From the IMG/VR virus record IMGVR_UViG_3300007513_000013, positions 32,001-96,000 of that record: a stretch of DNA of 64,000 nucleotides, one strand, 5' to 3'. The stretch comes from a virus. How positions within the stretch are numbered: position 1 is the first letter of the stretch; every line of letters starts with the position of its first letter. This document shows positions 54,083-64,000 of this stretch, one piece after another. Below the pieces are notes generated by a model. That model did not search any database. It was given only the letters and a program-made list of their open reading frames with translations, and was not told where the DNA came from. A program made the translations under genes and the position numbers.

Positions 54083-55344
54083 GAAAAAAAGTTTTAGTTA
54101 GAGCACCAGCATTGAGCAGAACAGGATATGGTGAGCATGCTCGTTTTGTTTTACGTTCCTTAAGAAAGCATGAAGATAAGTTTGACATTTTTTTAGACAA
54201 CACCAACTGGGGCCAATCCGGCTGGATTTTTCGAGACAATGAAGAAAGACGATGGATAGATACAATTATTGCAAAAACAATGTTTCACGTGAATAATGAT
54301 GGCGGCCCAATGGATGTATCTGTACAAGTTACAATACCAAACGAATGGCAACCTTTGGCCCCGGTAAATATTGGCGTAACTGCTGGTATTGAAACAACAC
54401 AGGTCGCACCGCAGTGGGTTGAGCAGTCTTTTGTTGTAGATAAGATTATTACCACTTCCAATCATTCTAAACAAGTTTATGAAAACACAACATATGAAGC
54501 ACAACACAAAGAAACGATGGCGGTTATCAAAGAATTTAGATGTGAGCGGCCAATTGAAGTTGTCCATTATCCCGTAAAAGATATTGAAAAAGCAGAAATT
54601 GATTGTGAACTTGAAACAGACTTTAATTTTTTAGTAGTTGCTCAGTGGGGCCCTAGAAAGAATATTGAAAACACAGTTAGGTGGTTTATAGAAGAATTTG
54701 TCGACAATTCTAATGTTGGAATGGTGTTAAAGTTGTTTTATAGAAATGGATCTATTATAGATCGGGTCAATTTAGAAGAAAATGTAAAAAATCTACTTAA
54801 CGAATATCCGCAAAGAAAATGCAAAATTTATTTATTACATGGAGATATGAGTGAAGAAGAAATGACCGGCCTTTATACTCATCCAAAAATTAAGACATTA
54901 GTATCTTTGACGCATGGTGAAGGATATGGTCTTCCTTTGTTTGAGGCGGCTTATAACGCACTACCAGTCTTAGCTCCAGATTGGAGTGGGCATGTCGACT
55001 TTTTGTTTAAACCAACAAAAGATAAAAAAGGCAAAATAAAGCAAAAAGCACATTTTGCAAAAGTGGATTATGATATCGGCCCGGTTTCCCAAGAAGTATT
55101 GTGGCCCGGAGTTCTAGAAAATTATATGATGTGGTGTTACCCAAAGCAGGGTAGTTATAAGATGAAATTACGTGAAATCCACAAGGATCACGGCAGGTTC
55201 AAATCCCAGGCAAAAAAGCTGCAAAAATGGATTCGAAAGGAATTTTCTGAAGACAAACAATATGAAAAAATGGCTAATGCCATTTTGTCTGTTATAGAGA
55301 AGGGCGAAACTGCAGAGGAAAAAGCCGTCGTTAGTTATGAATAA
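54079..55344 (+). CDS. Glycosyltransferase, GT4 family
   Basis: TGYGEHAR, PRKN, GEGYGLPLFEAA. Confidence 0.9.
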   Translation: MRKKVLVRAPALSRTGYGEHARFVLRSLRKHEDKFDIFLDNTNWGQSGWIFRDNEERRWIDTIIAKTMFHVNNDGGPMDVSVQVTIPNEWQPLAPVNIGVTAGIETTQVAPQWVEQSFVVDKIITTSNHSKQVYENTTYEAQHKETMAVIKEFRCERPIEVVHYPVKDIEKAEIDCELETDFNFLVVAQWGPRKNIENTVRWFIEEFVDNSNVGMVLKLFYRNGSIIDRVNLEENVKNLLNEYPQRKCKIYLLHGDMSEEEMTGLYTHPKIKTLVSLTHGEGYGLPLFEAAYNALPVLAPDWSGHVDFLFKPTKDKKGKIKQKAHFAKVDYDIGPVSQEVLWPGVLENYMMWCYPKQGSYKMKLREIHKDHGRFKSQAKKLQKWIRKEFSEDKQYEKMANAILSVIEKGETAEEKAVVSYE

Positions 55345-56941
55345 GATTCTATACATCTCAGATTTTTTTTTGGACACAATACAAGGCGGCGGAGAACTAG
55401 TAGACGATTGTTTAATAAATAATTTAATTGAGCGAGGCTATGATGTTCAAAGAGTGCATTGTGGAAATGCCACTCCGGAGTTTATAGATAATAATTCTGC
55501 CGCATTTTTTATTGTATCTAATTTTGTCACTCTGTCAGAAGAGTCAAAAGAGTCTTTGGGCGCGCAGTCATATGTGATTTACGAACACGATCACAAATAC
55601 ATAATCGAAAGAAACCCTTCTGCATACAAAAATTTTGAAGTACCATCACATAGATTGGCTAATCTTTCCTTTTATCGAAACGCAAAAGCCGTCTTTTCTC
55701 AATCTAAATTACATTCTGAAGTTATAGGAAAAAATGTAAAGGGAGCAAATGTAATCAATTTAGGCTGCACTTTGTGGAGCGACGAACATTTGCGCGCCCT
55801 AGAAAATAACCTAGATACGCAAAAAGATGATAAGTTTGCTATTGTAAATTCAGAAAACCCTGTTAAAGGTAGGGATCCTGCAATTGCATATTGCAGAAAT
55901 AAAAACGTTTCTTTTGATTTAATAGGCTCGAACGATTATAAAGAATTTATCGCACAGTTGGCCGCCAAAAAAGGCTTAGTTTTCTTTTCACAGGTCTTAG
56001 AGAGCTTTTGCCGACTAGTTGTTGAGGCCCGAGTATTGGACTGCACAATTACAACCAATAACTTAAATGGATGTGCTTCTGAAGAGTGGTTTAAGAATTA
56101 TAAAGGCAAGGAATTATTAAATTTTTTAAAGGAAAAGAAAAAGGAAGTCATCGATACAATTATTTCAGTAATAAAAGGCGATCACCGTTCTAATAAAAAA
56201 GGCGACATCACAGTTATATTGAACTCTTATCGACGTCCATATAATTTAAACATGCAAGTTGAGGCAATAAAAAACCAAACCATACTTCCAAAAGAAACTT
56301 GGCTTTGGGTCAATTCCCATGAAGACAATAAGGGTTGGGACTATTCAAATCTTGGAATAGACAAAGTATTCAACAATGATCATAATTGGAAATTTTATGG
56401 CAGATTTGCTGCAGCCCTTCTGGCAGATACAGAATATGTTGCAGTGTTTGACGATGATACAATTCCGGGAAAAGAGTGGTTTGAAAACTGTTTAAAGACA
56501 ATGGAAACCCACGAAGGAATATTAGGAAGCGCCGGTGTAATATTGAATGGCAAACATTACGTTCAGCATAATAGGTGCGGCTGGCCCTCTCAAAATAAAG
56601 AGGCAACAGAAGTTGATTTAGTTGGTCATGCGTGGTTTTTTAAGCGCGATTGGCTTCAATATTTATGGAAAGAAAAACCAACAACATGGGACAATGGCGA
56701 GGATATACAATTTTCCTATTTAGCTCAGAAATATGGTGATATAAAAACCTACTGTCCACCTCACCCCTTAGAAAAGCCCGAATTACATGGTTCGATTTTA
56801 GGAAATGAGCTAGGCATAGACAATAAAGCAACTTCTACTGATTCTAGTATATCACACGAACGATTTTTTGCCGAAAGAGACGTCTGTGTACAAACAGCAA
56901 TAAAAAATGGCTGGAAAACTGTTAATGGAGTTTCGCTGTGA
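55337..56941 (+). CDS. Two-domain glycosyltransferase (GT-B-like + GT-A/GT2-like)
   Basis: GGGEL...ESFCRLVVEAR, then ITVILNSYRR...FDDDTIPG...GEDIQFS. Confidence 0.8.
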   Translation: MNKILYISDFFLDTIQGGGELVDDCLINNLIERGYDVQRVHCGNATPEFIDNNSAAFFIVSNFVTLSEESKESLGAQSYVIYEHDHKYIIERNPSAYKNFEVPSHRLANLSFYRNAKAVFSQSKLHSEVIGKNVKGANVINLGCTLWSDEHLRALENNLDTQKDDKFAIVNSENPVKGRDPAIAYCRNKNVSFDLIGSNDYKEFIAQLAAKKGLVFFSQVLESFCRLVVEARVLDCTITTNNLNGCASEEWFKNYKGKELLNFLKEKKKEVIDTIISVIKGDHRSNKKGDITVILNSYRRPYNLNMQVEAIKNQTILPKETWLWVNSHEDNKGWDYSNLGIDKVFNNDHNWKFYGRFAAALLADTEYVAVFDDDTIPGKEWFENCLKTMETHEGILGSAGVILNGKHYVQHNRCGWPSQNKEATEVDLVGHAWFFKRDWLQYLWKEKPTTWDNGEDIQFSYLAQKYGDIKTYCPPHPLEKPELHGSILGNELGIDNKATSTDSSISHERFFAERDVCVQTAIKNGWKTVNGVSL

Positions 56942-57942
56942 TATTAATAAGTTTCGGAACCAGGCCGGAATATATTAAGCTTAAGCCGATTGTTGATATT
57001 TTTAAAAAAAAGAAACAACCCTACAAAATTTTATTCACTGGGCAACACACTAGTTTACTACCCGCAGAAGCTTCAGTTGAAATAGATTATAAGTTAAACA
57101 TTAAAGATGGTTCAAATCGACTTGATTCAATCGTTGGCTCTGTCATGAATCAGTCCCATATATGGATTGAACAGCTTACGCACGTAATGGTACAAGGAGA
57201 CACGACTTCTGCTTTTGCGGTAGCATTGGCCGCTTTTCATAGAAAAGTCCCTGTAATACACCTTGAAGCCGGTCTCAGGACCTATGACAATAATAATCCA
57301 TACCCAGAAGAATTCAACAGGCAGGCAATTTCTCGTTTGACCAGCATACACCTTTGCCCAACGGAAAATGATGCAAATAATTTAAAAAGAGAAAACGCGC
57401 AAGGTGAAATACATGTTGTGGGAAATACTGTGTTGGACAATCTACAAAATTTGAAAGTTTCTTATAATAATAAAATTTTAATAACAATGCACCGCAGAGA
57501 AAATCATGATAAAATAGAAGATTGGTTTTTGGCCTTTAACAACCTTGCGAAATCTTATTTAGAGTATGATTTTGAGTTTGTTGCTCATCCAAATCCAAAC
57601 GTACAAAAGCATTTGCACCTATTGGACCATGTTAAGGTGGTGGATCCTATGGAGCATACTGACTTTGTTCGAGAAGTTGCACAATGCAAGTTTTTAATAA
57701 CCGACTCTGGTGGGCTACAAGAAGAATCTTCTTTTTTGAGAAAAAGGAGCATTGTTTGCCGAAAAGCCACGGAAAGAACAGCTGGACTGGGGCATTTTTC
57801 AATTTTATGTTATAATCCAAACGAGTTATATGATATGATACCTAGGTACATAAATAATTTTAAAATCAGTAGTGCGATTAAGTGTCCTTATGGCGATGGC
57901 AATTCTGCTGAAAAGATATATAACATTCTAAAATCAAAATGA
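56938..57942 (+). CDS. wecB: UDP-N-acetylglucosamine 2-epimerase (non-hydrolysing)
   Basis: GTRPEYIK, TGQH, VQGDT, HLEAGLRT, PEEFNR, HRREN, TDSGGLQEE, YGDG. Confidence 0.95.
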   Translation: MILISFGTRPEYIKLKPIVDIFKKKKQPYKILFTGQHTSLLPAEASVEIDYKLNIKDGSNRLDSIVGSVMNQSHIWIEQLTHVMVQGDTTSAFAVALAAFHRKVPVIHLEAGLRTYDNNNPYPEEFNRQAISRLTSIHLCPTENDANNLKRENAQGEIHVVGNTVLDNLQNLKVSYNNKILITMHRRENHDKIEDWFLAFNNLAKSYLEYDFEFVAHPNPNVQKHLHLLDHVKVVDPMEHTDFVREVAQCKFLITDSGGLQEESSFLRKRSIVCRKATERTAGLGHFSILCYNPNELYDMIPRYINNFKISSAIKCPYGDGNSAEKIYNILKSK

Positions 57943-58721
57943 CAGACAAATTTGTAAACGACCTATTTTTACTTTTAAACAAGCTAAAGAACAATGAACA
58001 CTTTGCTTTTGTGCGCTTTTCTGACGGAGAAGTCTTTGTTATGCAAAACAAATATTTGAGACTGGGAGAAAAACAGGTAAACGTTGGTGATTTTGTACAT
58101 AACTTTGGATATTCAGCAGATGACTTTAAAGAATACATACCTGAGAAACACAGCTTTCTCAAAGACAAATTAATAGACTCTATCTCGTTTGAAAAAAAGA
58201 ATTATTTTGTTGGGGCAGGTTGCGCAAATTGTACGTGCGCCATTAGAGAACACATCCCATGGATAAAAGAGTATTATAAAAACGGCGAAGAGCATTGGAC
58301 TAGTCCAAACTTGCTTGTTAATTCAAATTATCCGATGTTTGTTGGGCATTATGTGCCTGAATTCAAGAAACATAAGGTTGTTATGATCTGCAGCAAAAAT
58401 GCTGATCTTACAAGTATGCCTTTTGAAGTAGTGAAAGACTTTAGAGTTGGGAAAAACTGTATAGTCAACGATCATCATTTAGAAGATGAGATTAAAGAGT
58501 GGATGGAATCTAACTCAATAGAAGATCATGTCTTTTTGTTCTCAGCCAGTAGTTTAAGCGAGGTTTTGATACATAAGCTTTTTGATTGGAACGATAAGAA
58601 CACATATATTGATATTGGAACAACTCTCCACAAATATATGAAATTAGGAATAGAAAGAGATTACCTAAAAGCCTATTGGAATAATGCTCCTTTGGCGGAC
58701 ATACACAGATCATGCAATTGA
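57939..58721 (+). CDS. GT-D-fold (DUF1792-like) putative glycosyltransferase
   Basis: FVRFSDGE, YIDIGT; cluster context. Confidence 0.7.
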   Translation: MTDKFVNDLFLLLNKLKNNEHFAFVRFSDGEVFVMQNKYLRLGEKQVNVGDFVHNFGYSADDFKEYIPEKHSFLKDKLIDSISFEKKNYFVGAGCANCTCAIREHIPWIKEYYKNGEEHWTSPNLLVNSNYPMFVGHYVPEFKKHKVVMICSKNADLTSMPFEVVKDFRVGKNCIVNDHHLEDEIKEWMESNSIEDHVFLFSASSLSEVLIHKLFDWNDKNTYIDIGTTLHKYMKLGIERDYLKAYWNNAPLADIHRSCN

Positions 58722-59098
58722 AACTAGTTGAAAATGAACCTAAATACTGGGAATTTATAAGAAATTTAAGAAATGATTCTGAAGTAAAAAAAGGATTTAT
58801 ACAGCAACAATATATAACGACTGATAATCATAAAAGTTTTATGGAGAATCATAATAAAAATTTTTATATTTGCCTGGTAGAAGAAAAACCGGCAGGATAT
58901 GTTGGTCAAATAGATAACGACATAAGAGTTGCAACCTCTCCAGAATTTCAAGGAAAAGGTGTTGGAAAGTTTATGATTAATACGTTGATGGAAAAGCATC
59001 CAAATGCTTTTGCAAAAGTTAAAGTGGAAAACGAAGCGAGTCTGAGGCTTTTTGAAAGTTGCGGATTTAAGAAACAATATTATATTTTGGAGAAATAA
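58712..59098 (+). CDS. GNAT-family N-acetyltransferase
   Basis: PEFQGKGVG, NEASLRLFESCGF. Confidence 0.88.
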   Translation: MQLKLVENEPKYWEFIRNLRNDSEVKKGFIQQQYITTDNHKSFMENHNKNFYICLVEEKPAGYVGQIDNDIRVATSPEFQGKGVGKFMINTLMEKHPNAFAKVKVENEASLRLFESCGFKKQYYILEK

Positions 59099-59722
59099 AT
59101 GCTGCATAACCCTTATAAAATAGTACAGATGTTTGAAGAAGAAGTCGCCCATTACACGGGAGCGCCATATGCTGTTTCTACAAATAGTTGCACAAATGCT
59201 CTGTTTTTAGCATGCAAGTGGAATAAAGTAGAAGGGAAAGAGGTTATAATACCTAAAAGAACCTATTTGTCCCCTCCTCAATCTATTCTACAAGCTGGCG
59301 GAAAACTAATTTTTGAAGACATTAAGTGGGAAGGCACATATCAATTAAAGCCTTTTCCAATTTATGATGCCGCCAAAAGATTAACATCTAATATGTATAT
59401 TCCTGGTACATTTATGTGTATTTCTTTTCATATCAAAAAGCACCTTAAAATAGGCAAGGGCGGTATGATATTATGTGATAACAAAGAAGCCACAGAATGG
59501 CTTAAAGCAAGAAGATACGAGGGCAGAACTGCAGGAATGAAGTATCATGAAGACCAAATTGATGAAGAGGGCTGGAACATGTATATGACACCCGAACAAG
59601 CTGCAAGAGGGTTGACTTTGATGCAGAATTACCCAGAAAACATGCCAGACATTCCAGAAGATCCCCCTTACAGGGACTTGACTGAATTTGAATTATTTAA
59701 AGATATAGAGGTTAGAGAATGA
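59099..59722 (+). CDS. Short DegT/DnrJ/EryC1/StrS-family PLP aminotransferase
   Basis: FEEEVAHYTGAPYAVSTNSCT, YDAA, SFHIKKHLKIGKGG. Confidence 0.85.
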   Translation: MLHNPYKIVQMFEEEVAHYTGAPYAVSTNSCTNALFLACKWNKVEGKEVIIPKRTYLSPPQSILQAGGKLIFEDIKWEGTYQLKPFPIYDAAKRLTSNMYIPGTFMCISFHIKKHLKIGKGGMILCDNKEATEWLKARRYEGRTAGMKYHEDQIDEEGWNMYMTPEQAARGLTLMQNYPENMPDIPEDPPYRDLTEFELFKDIEVRE

Positions 59723-61335
59723 AGATTATAGGAGTTAGCACGGGTCACGATTGTTCATATTGTGTTTTGGAAGATGGAAGGCCGGTTGTACATGAAGAAT
59801 GGGAACGTTTTTCCAGAATAAAGGAAAGCGATACTAACGTTTTTGAGTTTTTGGAAGATAGATTAGCTGATTACAAAGATACAAAATATGTAACTCATTG
59901 GCCCTGCAATCCGAATGGTTGGGAAAATATCTTTAAAGACAAGAAGTTAGCCTCTTTTGAAAAGATGAAGGAAATGGTCAAGGAAAACGGAGGAGCCTAT
60001 TATCAATTTGGACACCATCAAAGTCATGCTGCCAATGCTTTCTTTTCAAGCAATCATGATAGGGCACTAATATTGACATTGGATGCTGGTGGTTGGGATT
60101 ACGGTGATTATGATGAGAACAGTGTTGGAAGGGGAGAAATCCACGACACTTCAGTTACTGTTTGGAGAGGTGAGAAAAACAAGATACACCCAATTGCAAT
60201 TCTTTCGATTGAGGATTTAAGCATTGGTTTGGTTTGGCATGATATTCTACCTTCAGTTTTTGGCCTTTCAAACGGAACACCAATTGGAAATCAGGCCGGT
60301 ACTGCCATGGCAATGGCAGCAATGGGAAAAACAGATAAATATGTAGATAAAATTGGCTTTAGCAACAATCATCATCGTACAGATTATAAGTACCTTAAAA
60401 ATGCAGCCGTAGAAAATCCTGATGAATTATACGAAATAGCAAGAGCGCTGCAAACAAACACTGAAGGGCAAATCAGGCGCCTGATTAGTTATTATCTAGT
60501 GGAAGGGGATGAAAACTTGTGTGTCGCTGGCGGAGTTGCATTAAATTGTGTATCTATGGGTAAACTATTTGATTGGTTTCCACAGCTTAAATCTGTTTAT
60601 GTGCCTCCTGTGCCTTATGATGCGGGTTTATCTATTGGCTCCGCTCAATATCTTTATCATCACGTGCTAGATAATCCAAGAATCACCTGGGAAGATAATT
60701 TTACACCTTATTTAGGAGTAACCTATGAATTGAGCGAAGTAAAAGAGGCGCTGGAACAGCACAAAGATGAGGTCACCTTCTCAGAAGCTTCTGATTCTGA
60801 AGTGCTGGAGTTACTGGATAAACAGAATATTGTTGCAGTTTTTGGCGGCCCCTCGGAATCTGGCCGACGCGCCCTAGGCAACAGAAGCATTTTGGCAGAT
60901 CCTCGCAACGCTAATATGAAGGATATAATTAATGAAAAGGTCAAACATCGACAGTCGTTCCGTCCATTTGCGCCATCTATTTTAAGAGAAGAAGTAAAAA
61001 ATTGGTTTGTGCACGATGTTGATAGTCCATATATGAATTTTGCTTTGAGATATCAAGAACATGCATTAGAAAAAGTACCGGCCGTTGTGCACTTTAATAA
61101 CACTGGCCGTTTACAAACAGTAACAGAAAGCGATAACAATTGGTATTACAACTTTATAAAACAATGGCAAGAAAAGACTGGAGTGCCGATTTTATTAAAC
61201 ACCAGCTTTAATGATCGAGAGCCAATTGTTGAAACACCAGAACATGCACTTAAATGTTTCATGAAAACCAAAATAGACTATTTGTATTTTACCGATTATG
61301 GCATTTTGGTGCGCAAGAACGAAGAAGAGAAATGA
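59719..61335 (+). CDS. Carbamoyltransferase, NodU/CmcH family
   Basis: GHD, HHQSHA, LDAGG, GGVALN, DAGLSIG, GRRALGNRS, KHRQSFRPFAP, LLNTSFN. Confidence 0.95.
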   Translation: MKIIGVSTGHDCSYCVLEDGRPVVHEEWERFSRIKESDTNVFEFLEDRLADYKDTKYVTHWPCNPNGWENIFKDKKLASFEKMKEMVKENGGAYYQFGHHQSHAANAFFSSNHDRALILTLDAGGWDYGDYDENSVGRGEIHDTSVTVWRGEKNKIHPIAILSIEDLSIGLVWHDILPSVFGLSNGTPIGNQAGTAMAMAAMGKTDKYVDKIGFSNNHHRTDYKYLKNAAVENPDELYEIARALQTNTEGQIRRLISYYLVEGDENLCVAGGVALNCVSMGKLFDWFPQLKSVYVPPVPYDAGLSIGSAQYLYHHVLDNPRITWEDNFTPYLGVTYELSEVKEALEQHKDEVTFSEASDSEVLELLDKQNIVAVFGGPSESGRRALGNRSILADPRNANMKDIINEKVKHRQSFRPFAPSILREEVKNWFVHDVDSPYMNFALRYQEHALEKVPAVVHFNNTGRLQTVTESDNNWYYNFIKQWQEKTGVPILLNTSFNDREPIVETPEHALKCFMKTKIDYLYFTDYGILVRKNEEEK

Positions 61336-62210
61336 TCACGTTTTTAGAATTAGGAAAACATGGCCGCCTAGGCAATCAACTTTTTCAATATGCCGCACTG
61401 AAAGGCATTGCTCTAAGAAATAACTACGAGTGTAAAATTCCAGATCCGGCAGAGTGCGAGTGGCACGGTCAAAAATGTCTATTAAAGGAATTTAATATAG
61501 AGAGCGAATATTTAACCTTACAAGATAGAGAAAAAATTGAATATATGGCAGTAGAGCCAAGCCCCCATTCTTTTTACGAGCAAATGCTGGCAATACCTGA
61601 CAACACCAATCTTCATGGCTATTTTCAGTCGACATACTATTTTAAAGGATATGAAGAGCAGATTCGCAAAGAACTGACCCCTAAAAAAGAATATATTGAT
61701 TTTGCCAAAGAGTATCTTGAACCACTAAAGACAGACGGCAGTGCCATAGTTAGTGTTCATTTACGCAGAGGGGACATTACAGATGGTACGAATGCAAGTG
61801 AGAAGTACTTAAATTTTTATGGAAAAGATGATATATTTAGTAAAGAAAGCGGCTATGGTAGATATATTAACAAGGCCTTGGAAAATTTCAAAGATGTGAA
61901 AGTAAAATATCTAGTCTTTTCCGGAGGTTCGCGCACAGGAGACGATGCCGCCGACATTGCATGGGCTAAGAACAATTTTGCAAAAGATAAATTTAAAGTA
62001 TCAGACACCAATGATCCAATGAAAGATTTGGCATTGATTATGTCATGCGATCACAACATCACATGTCACATGACGAGTTTCGGTTGGTGGGGGGCATATT
62101 TAAATTTTAATCCGGATAAAATTGTTATTGCACCTAGGAATTACTTTTATGATATGCCTAGCGCATACGTAAGGCCCGGCTTCTTTCCAGAAAATTGGAG
62201 CTTGACCTAA
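61332..62210 (+). CDS. Alpha-1,2-fucosyltransferase-like protein, GT11
   Basis: GRLGNQLFQYA, GYFQS, VHLRRGD, TSFGWWGAYL. Confidence 0.92.
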   Translation: MITFLELGKHGRLGNQLFQYAALKGIALRNNYECKIPDPAECEWHGQKCLLKEFNIESEYLTLQDREKIEYMAVEPSPHSFYEQMLAIPDNTNLHGYFQSTYYFKGYEEQIRKELTPKKEYIDFAKEYLEPLKTDGSAIVSVHLRRGDITDGTNASEKYLNFYGKDDIFSKESGYGRYINKALENFKDVKVKYLVFSGGSRTGDDAADIAWAKNNFAKDKFKVSDTNDPMKDLALIMSCDHNITCHMTSFGWWGAYLNFNPDKIVIAPRNYFYDMPSAYVRPGFFPENWSLT

Positions 62211-62224
62211 AGGGGATATGAAAA

Positions 62225-63058
62225 GTGGAGAATAAAAAAATAAAATTAATTAAAGAATACTGGAACAGACGGCCGTGCAACATAAAACACTCTTTAAAGG
62301 AGTTTGGCACCCAAGAGTATTTTGACGAAGTGGAAGAAAGAAAATATTTTGTTGAACCCCACATTCTAGAGTTTGCTGAATTTCAAAAATGGAAAGGAAA
62401 AGAGGTTTTAGAGATTGGTTGTGGAATAGGGACTGATAGTGTGAATTTTGCTCGAAATGGTGCAAACCTAACTGTTGTTGAACTCTCCGAAAAGAGTCTA
62501 GATGTATGTAAAAAACGATTTGGCGTTTACGGATTAAAAGCTGATTTTATCTTGGGAAATGCAGAAAAGCTCTCTTCTTTATTGCCGGTGGGAAAAAAGT
62601 ATGATTTAGTTTATGCGTTTGGCGTAATCCACCATACAAACAAACCAGATAGAGTAGTTAAGGAAATCAAGAAAGTTTTAAAGCCCCAGTCGGAGCTAAG
62701 AATAATGTTGTATTCTAGGTTTAGTTTTAAATTGTTTGATTTTATGCATCAAAATAATATTTGGGACTTTAGCAAAACGAGAGAAACGATACAATATTTT
62801 GCCGAAGCTCAATTGGGTTGCCCTAGGGCTTTAACTTATACTTTTAAAGAAGCAAGAGAACTATTAAGTGATTTTGATATCATTTCTATCAAGAAGGATC
62901 ATATCTTTCCTTACGATATATCTGAATATATTAATCATAATTATGAGATTGCTGATTCCTTTAAAAATATCACTAATGAAGATTTTAGACAACTGTGTGG
63001 CGAGTTGGGCTGGCACACTTTAATCAAAGCAAAGCCTAAAAACATGCCTGGAGAATGA
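62225..63058 (+). CDS. Class I SAM-dependent methyltransferase
   Basis: VLEIGCGIGTD, YDLVYAFGVIHH. Confidence 0.9.
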   Translation: MENKKIKLIKEYWNRRPCNIKHSLKEFGTQEYFDEVEERKYFVEPHILEFAEFQKWKGKEVLEIGCGIGTDSVNFARNGANLTVVELSEKSLDVCKKRFGVYGLKADFILGNAEKLSSLLPVGKKYDLVYAFGVIHHTNKPDRVVKEIKKVLKPQSELRIMLYSRFSFKLFDFMHQNNIWDFSKTRETIQYFAEAQLGCPRALTYTFKEARELLSDFDIISIKKDHIFPYDISEYINHNYEIADSFKNITNEDFRQLCGELGWHTLIKAKPKNMPGE

Positions 63059-63062
63059 TTTA

Positions 63063-63836
63063 ATGAGCTTTTTCACACAAGACATTTCTCAATGGTTAGA
63101 AAAATATCTAGAGGAGAGTTGTTTATCAACATTTGTTGTGGGAGTATCTGGTGGTGTTGATTCGGCTGTTGTGTCTACTTTGTGCGCACTGACAGGTAAG
63201 CCTACAGTGGTGCTTAATATACCTGTAAATTCAAAACACGAGAACACTGCTCTTTCCACTACTCAATGTGAGTGGTTAGCAGCAAATTATGACAATGTTA
63301 CGGTACATGAGATAGATCTAAGCAATACATATAAAGAGTTTCAAGAAGCTGTTTTAAAGTCAATTGATATCAATGGGTTAGCCATGGCCAATACTAAGTC
63401 GCGTTTACGTATGGTGTTGTTGTATTATTTTGCCACAACGTTAAATGGTTTAGTGGTTGGAACTGGAAACAAAGTTGAAGATTTTGGTGTAGGCTTTTAT
63501 ACCAAATACGGTGACGGAGGAGTTGATGTAAGTCCAATTGCAGATCTTACCAAAACTCAAGTGCGCAATCTAGCGAAAGAACTTAACATACCGGCTGAAA
63601 TTATTGAAGCTCCTCCGACTGATGGCCTTTGGGAAGATAGTCGCACCGACGAAGAACAAATTGGCGCTTCATACGAGGAATTGGAGTGGGCTATGGATTA
63701 TATTGATAATAATAGACAAACATCGTTATCAACAAGAGAGAGACATGTTTTAGACATATTTGTTAGTTATAGAACTAAAAATGCTCATAAAATGAATCCC
63801 ATACCGGTATATCAATGTAGAGGAGAGAAAGGTTGA
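63063..63836 (+). CDS. nadE: NH3-dependent NAD+ synthetase
   Basis: GVSGGVDSA, NTKSRLRM, GTGNKVE, GFYTKYGDG, PPTDGLW, DEEQIG. Confidence 0.95.
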   Translation: MSFFTQDISQWLEKYLEESCLSTFVVGVSGGVDSAVVSTLCALTGKPTVVLNIPVNSKHENTALSTTQCEWLAANYDNVTVHEIDLSNTYKEFQEAVLKSIDINGLAMANTKSRLRMVLLYYFATTLNGLVVGTGNKVEDFGVGFYTKYGDGGVDVSPIADLTKTQVRNLAKELNIPAEIIEAPPTDGLWEDSRTDEEQIGASYEELEWAMDYIDNNRQTSLSTRERHVLDIFVSYRTKNAHKMNPIPVYQCRGEKG

Positions 63837-64000
63837 ACATTTCAGTAGTAGGTATTGGAAAATTGGGTCTTTGTTTTTCTCTTACGTTAGAAAAAGCAGG
63901 CTATAATGTTGTGGGCGTTGATATCAATGAGAATTATGTAGCTCAAATTAATCAAAAAACACTTCACAGTTCTGAAGCGGGAGTCACAGCTGTCCTAAAA
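63833..64000 (+). CDS. Nucleotide-sugar dehydrogenase (UDP-glucose/GDP-mannose DH family), partial
   Basis: TTG start; NISVVGIGKLGL...VVGVDIN; runs off the window end. Confidence 0.8.
   Translation, partial: MNISVVGIGKLGLCFSLTLEKAGYNVVGVDINENYVAQINQKTLHSSEAGVTAVLK

Noticed and set aside
1-64000. Stop-codon reassignment
   Set aside because: TAA, TAG and TGA all end well-formed genes and coding density is high under code 11
1-64000. Eukaryotic giant virus or cellular chromosome
   Set aside because: Sigma70 promoters, SD sites, tmRNA and overlapping operons argue against an NCLDV; lack of housekeeping operons and the mass of tiny early ORFs argue against a cell. No capsid or terminase gene is in the window, so the phage call remains an inference

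Overview
This 64 kb window is best read as part of a large dsDNA bacteriophage genome. It is AT-rich, uses the standard genetic code, is densely coded almost entirely on the + strand, and has sigma70-like promoters, Shine-Dalgarno sites, tmRNA and PhoH. It has three zones. (1) 1-10.5 kb, early-type region: 12 near-identical TTGACA-N17-(G/T)ATAAT-type promoters drive a AAA ATPase plus vWA/metallopeptidase pair and many tiny ORFs, including about 13 SH3/KOW-like M(K/Q)VGDLV...LEVIS cassettes that overlap through a dual-coded junction. (2) 10.6-44 kb, late/virion-type region: genes preceded by an ACTANTTA motif; many proteins share an amphipathic leader/linker ending in L-x-E, and several are giant modular polyproteins with zincin, beta-lactamase-fold, MepA, ligase-like and HIGH-nucleotidyltransferase modules. 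(3) 44-64 kb, host-takeover and metabolic region: Fis-like protein, tmRNA, FtsZ/tubulin-like GTPase, peptide deformylase, archaeal-type GAPDH, PhoH, Cas4-like nuclease and a long glycosylation/carbamoylation cluster with NadE. Cys-rich myxobacterial-type repeats and the tmRNA tag suggest a Myxococcota-like host (inference). All calls are from motif recognition by eye; no searches were run.
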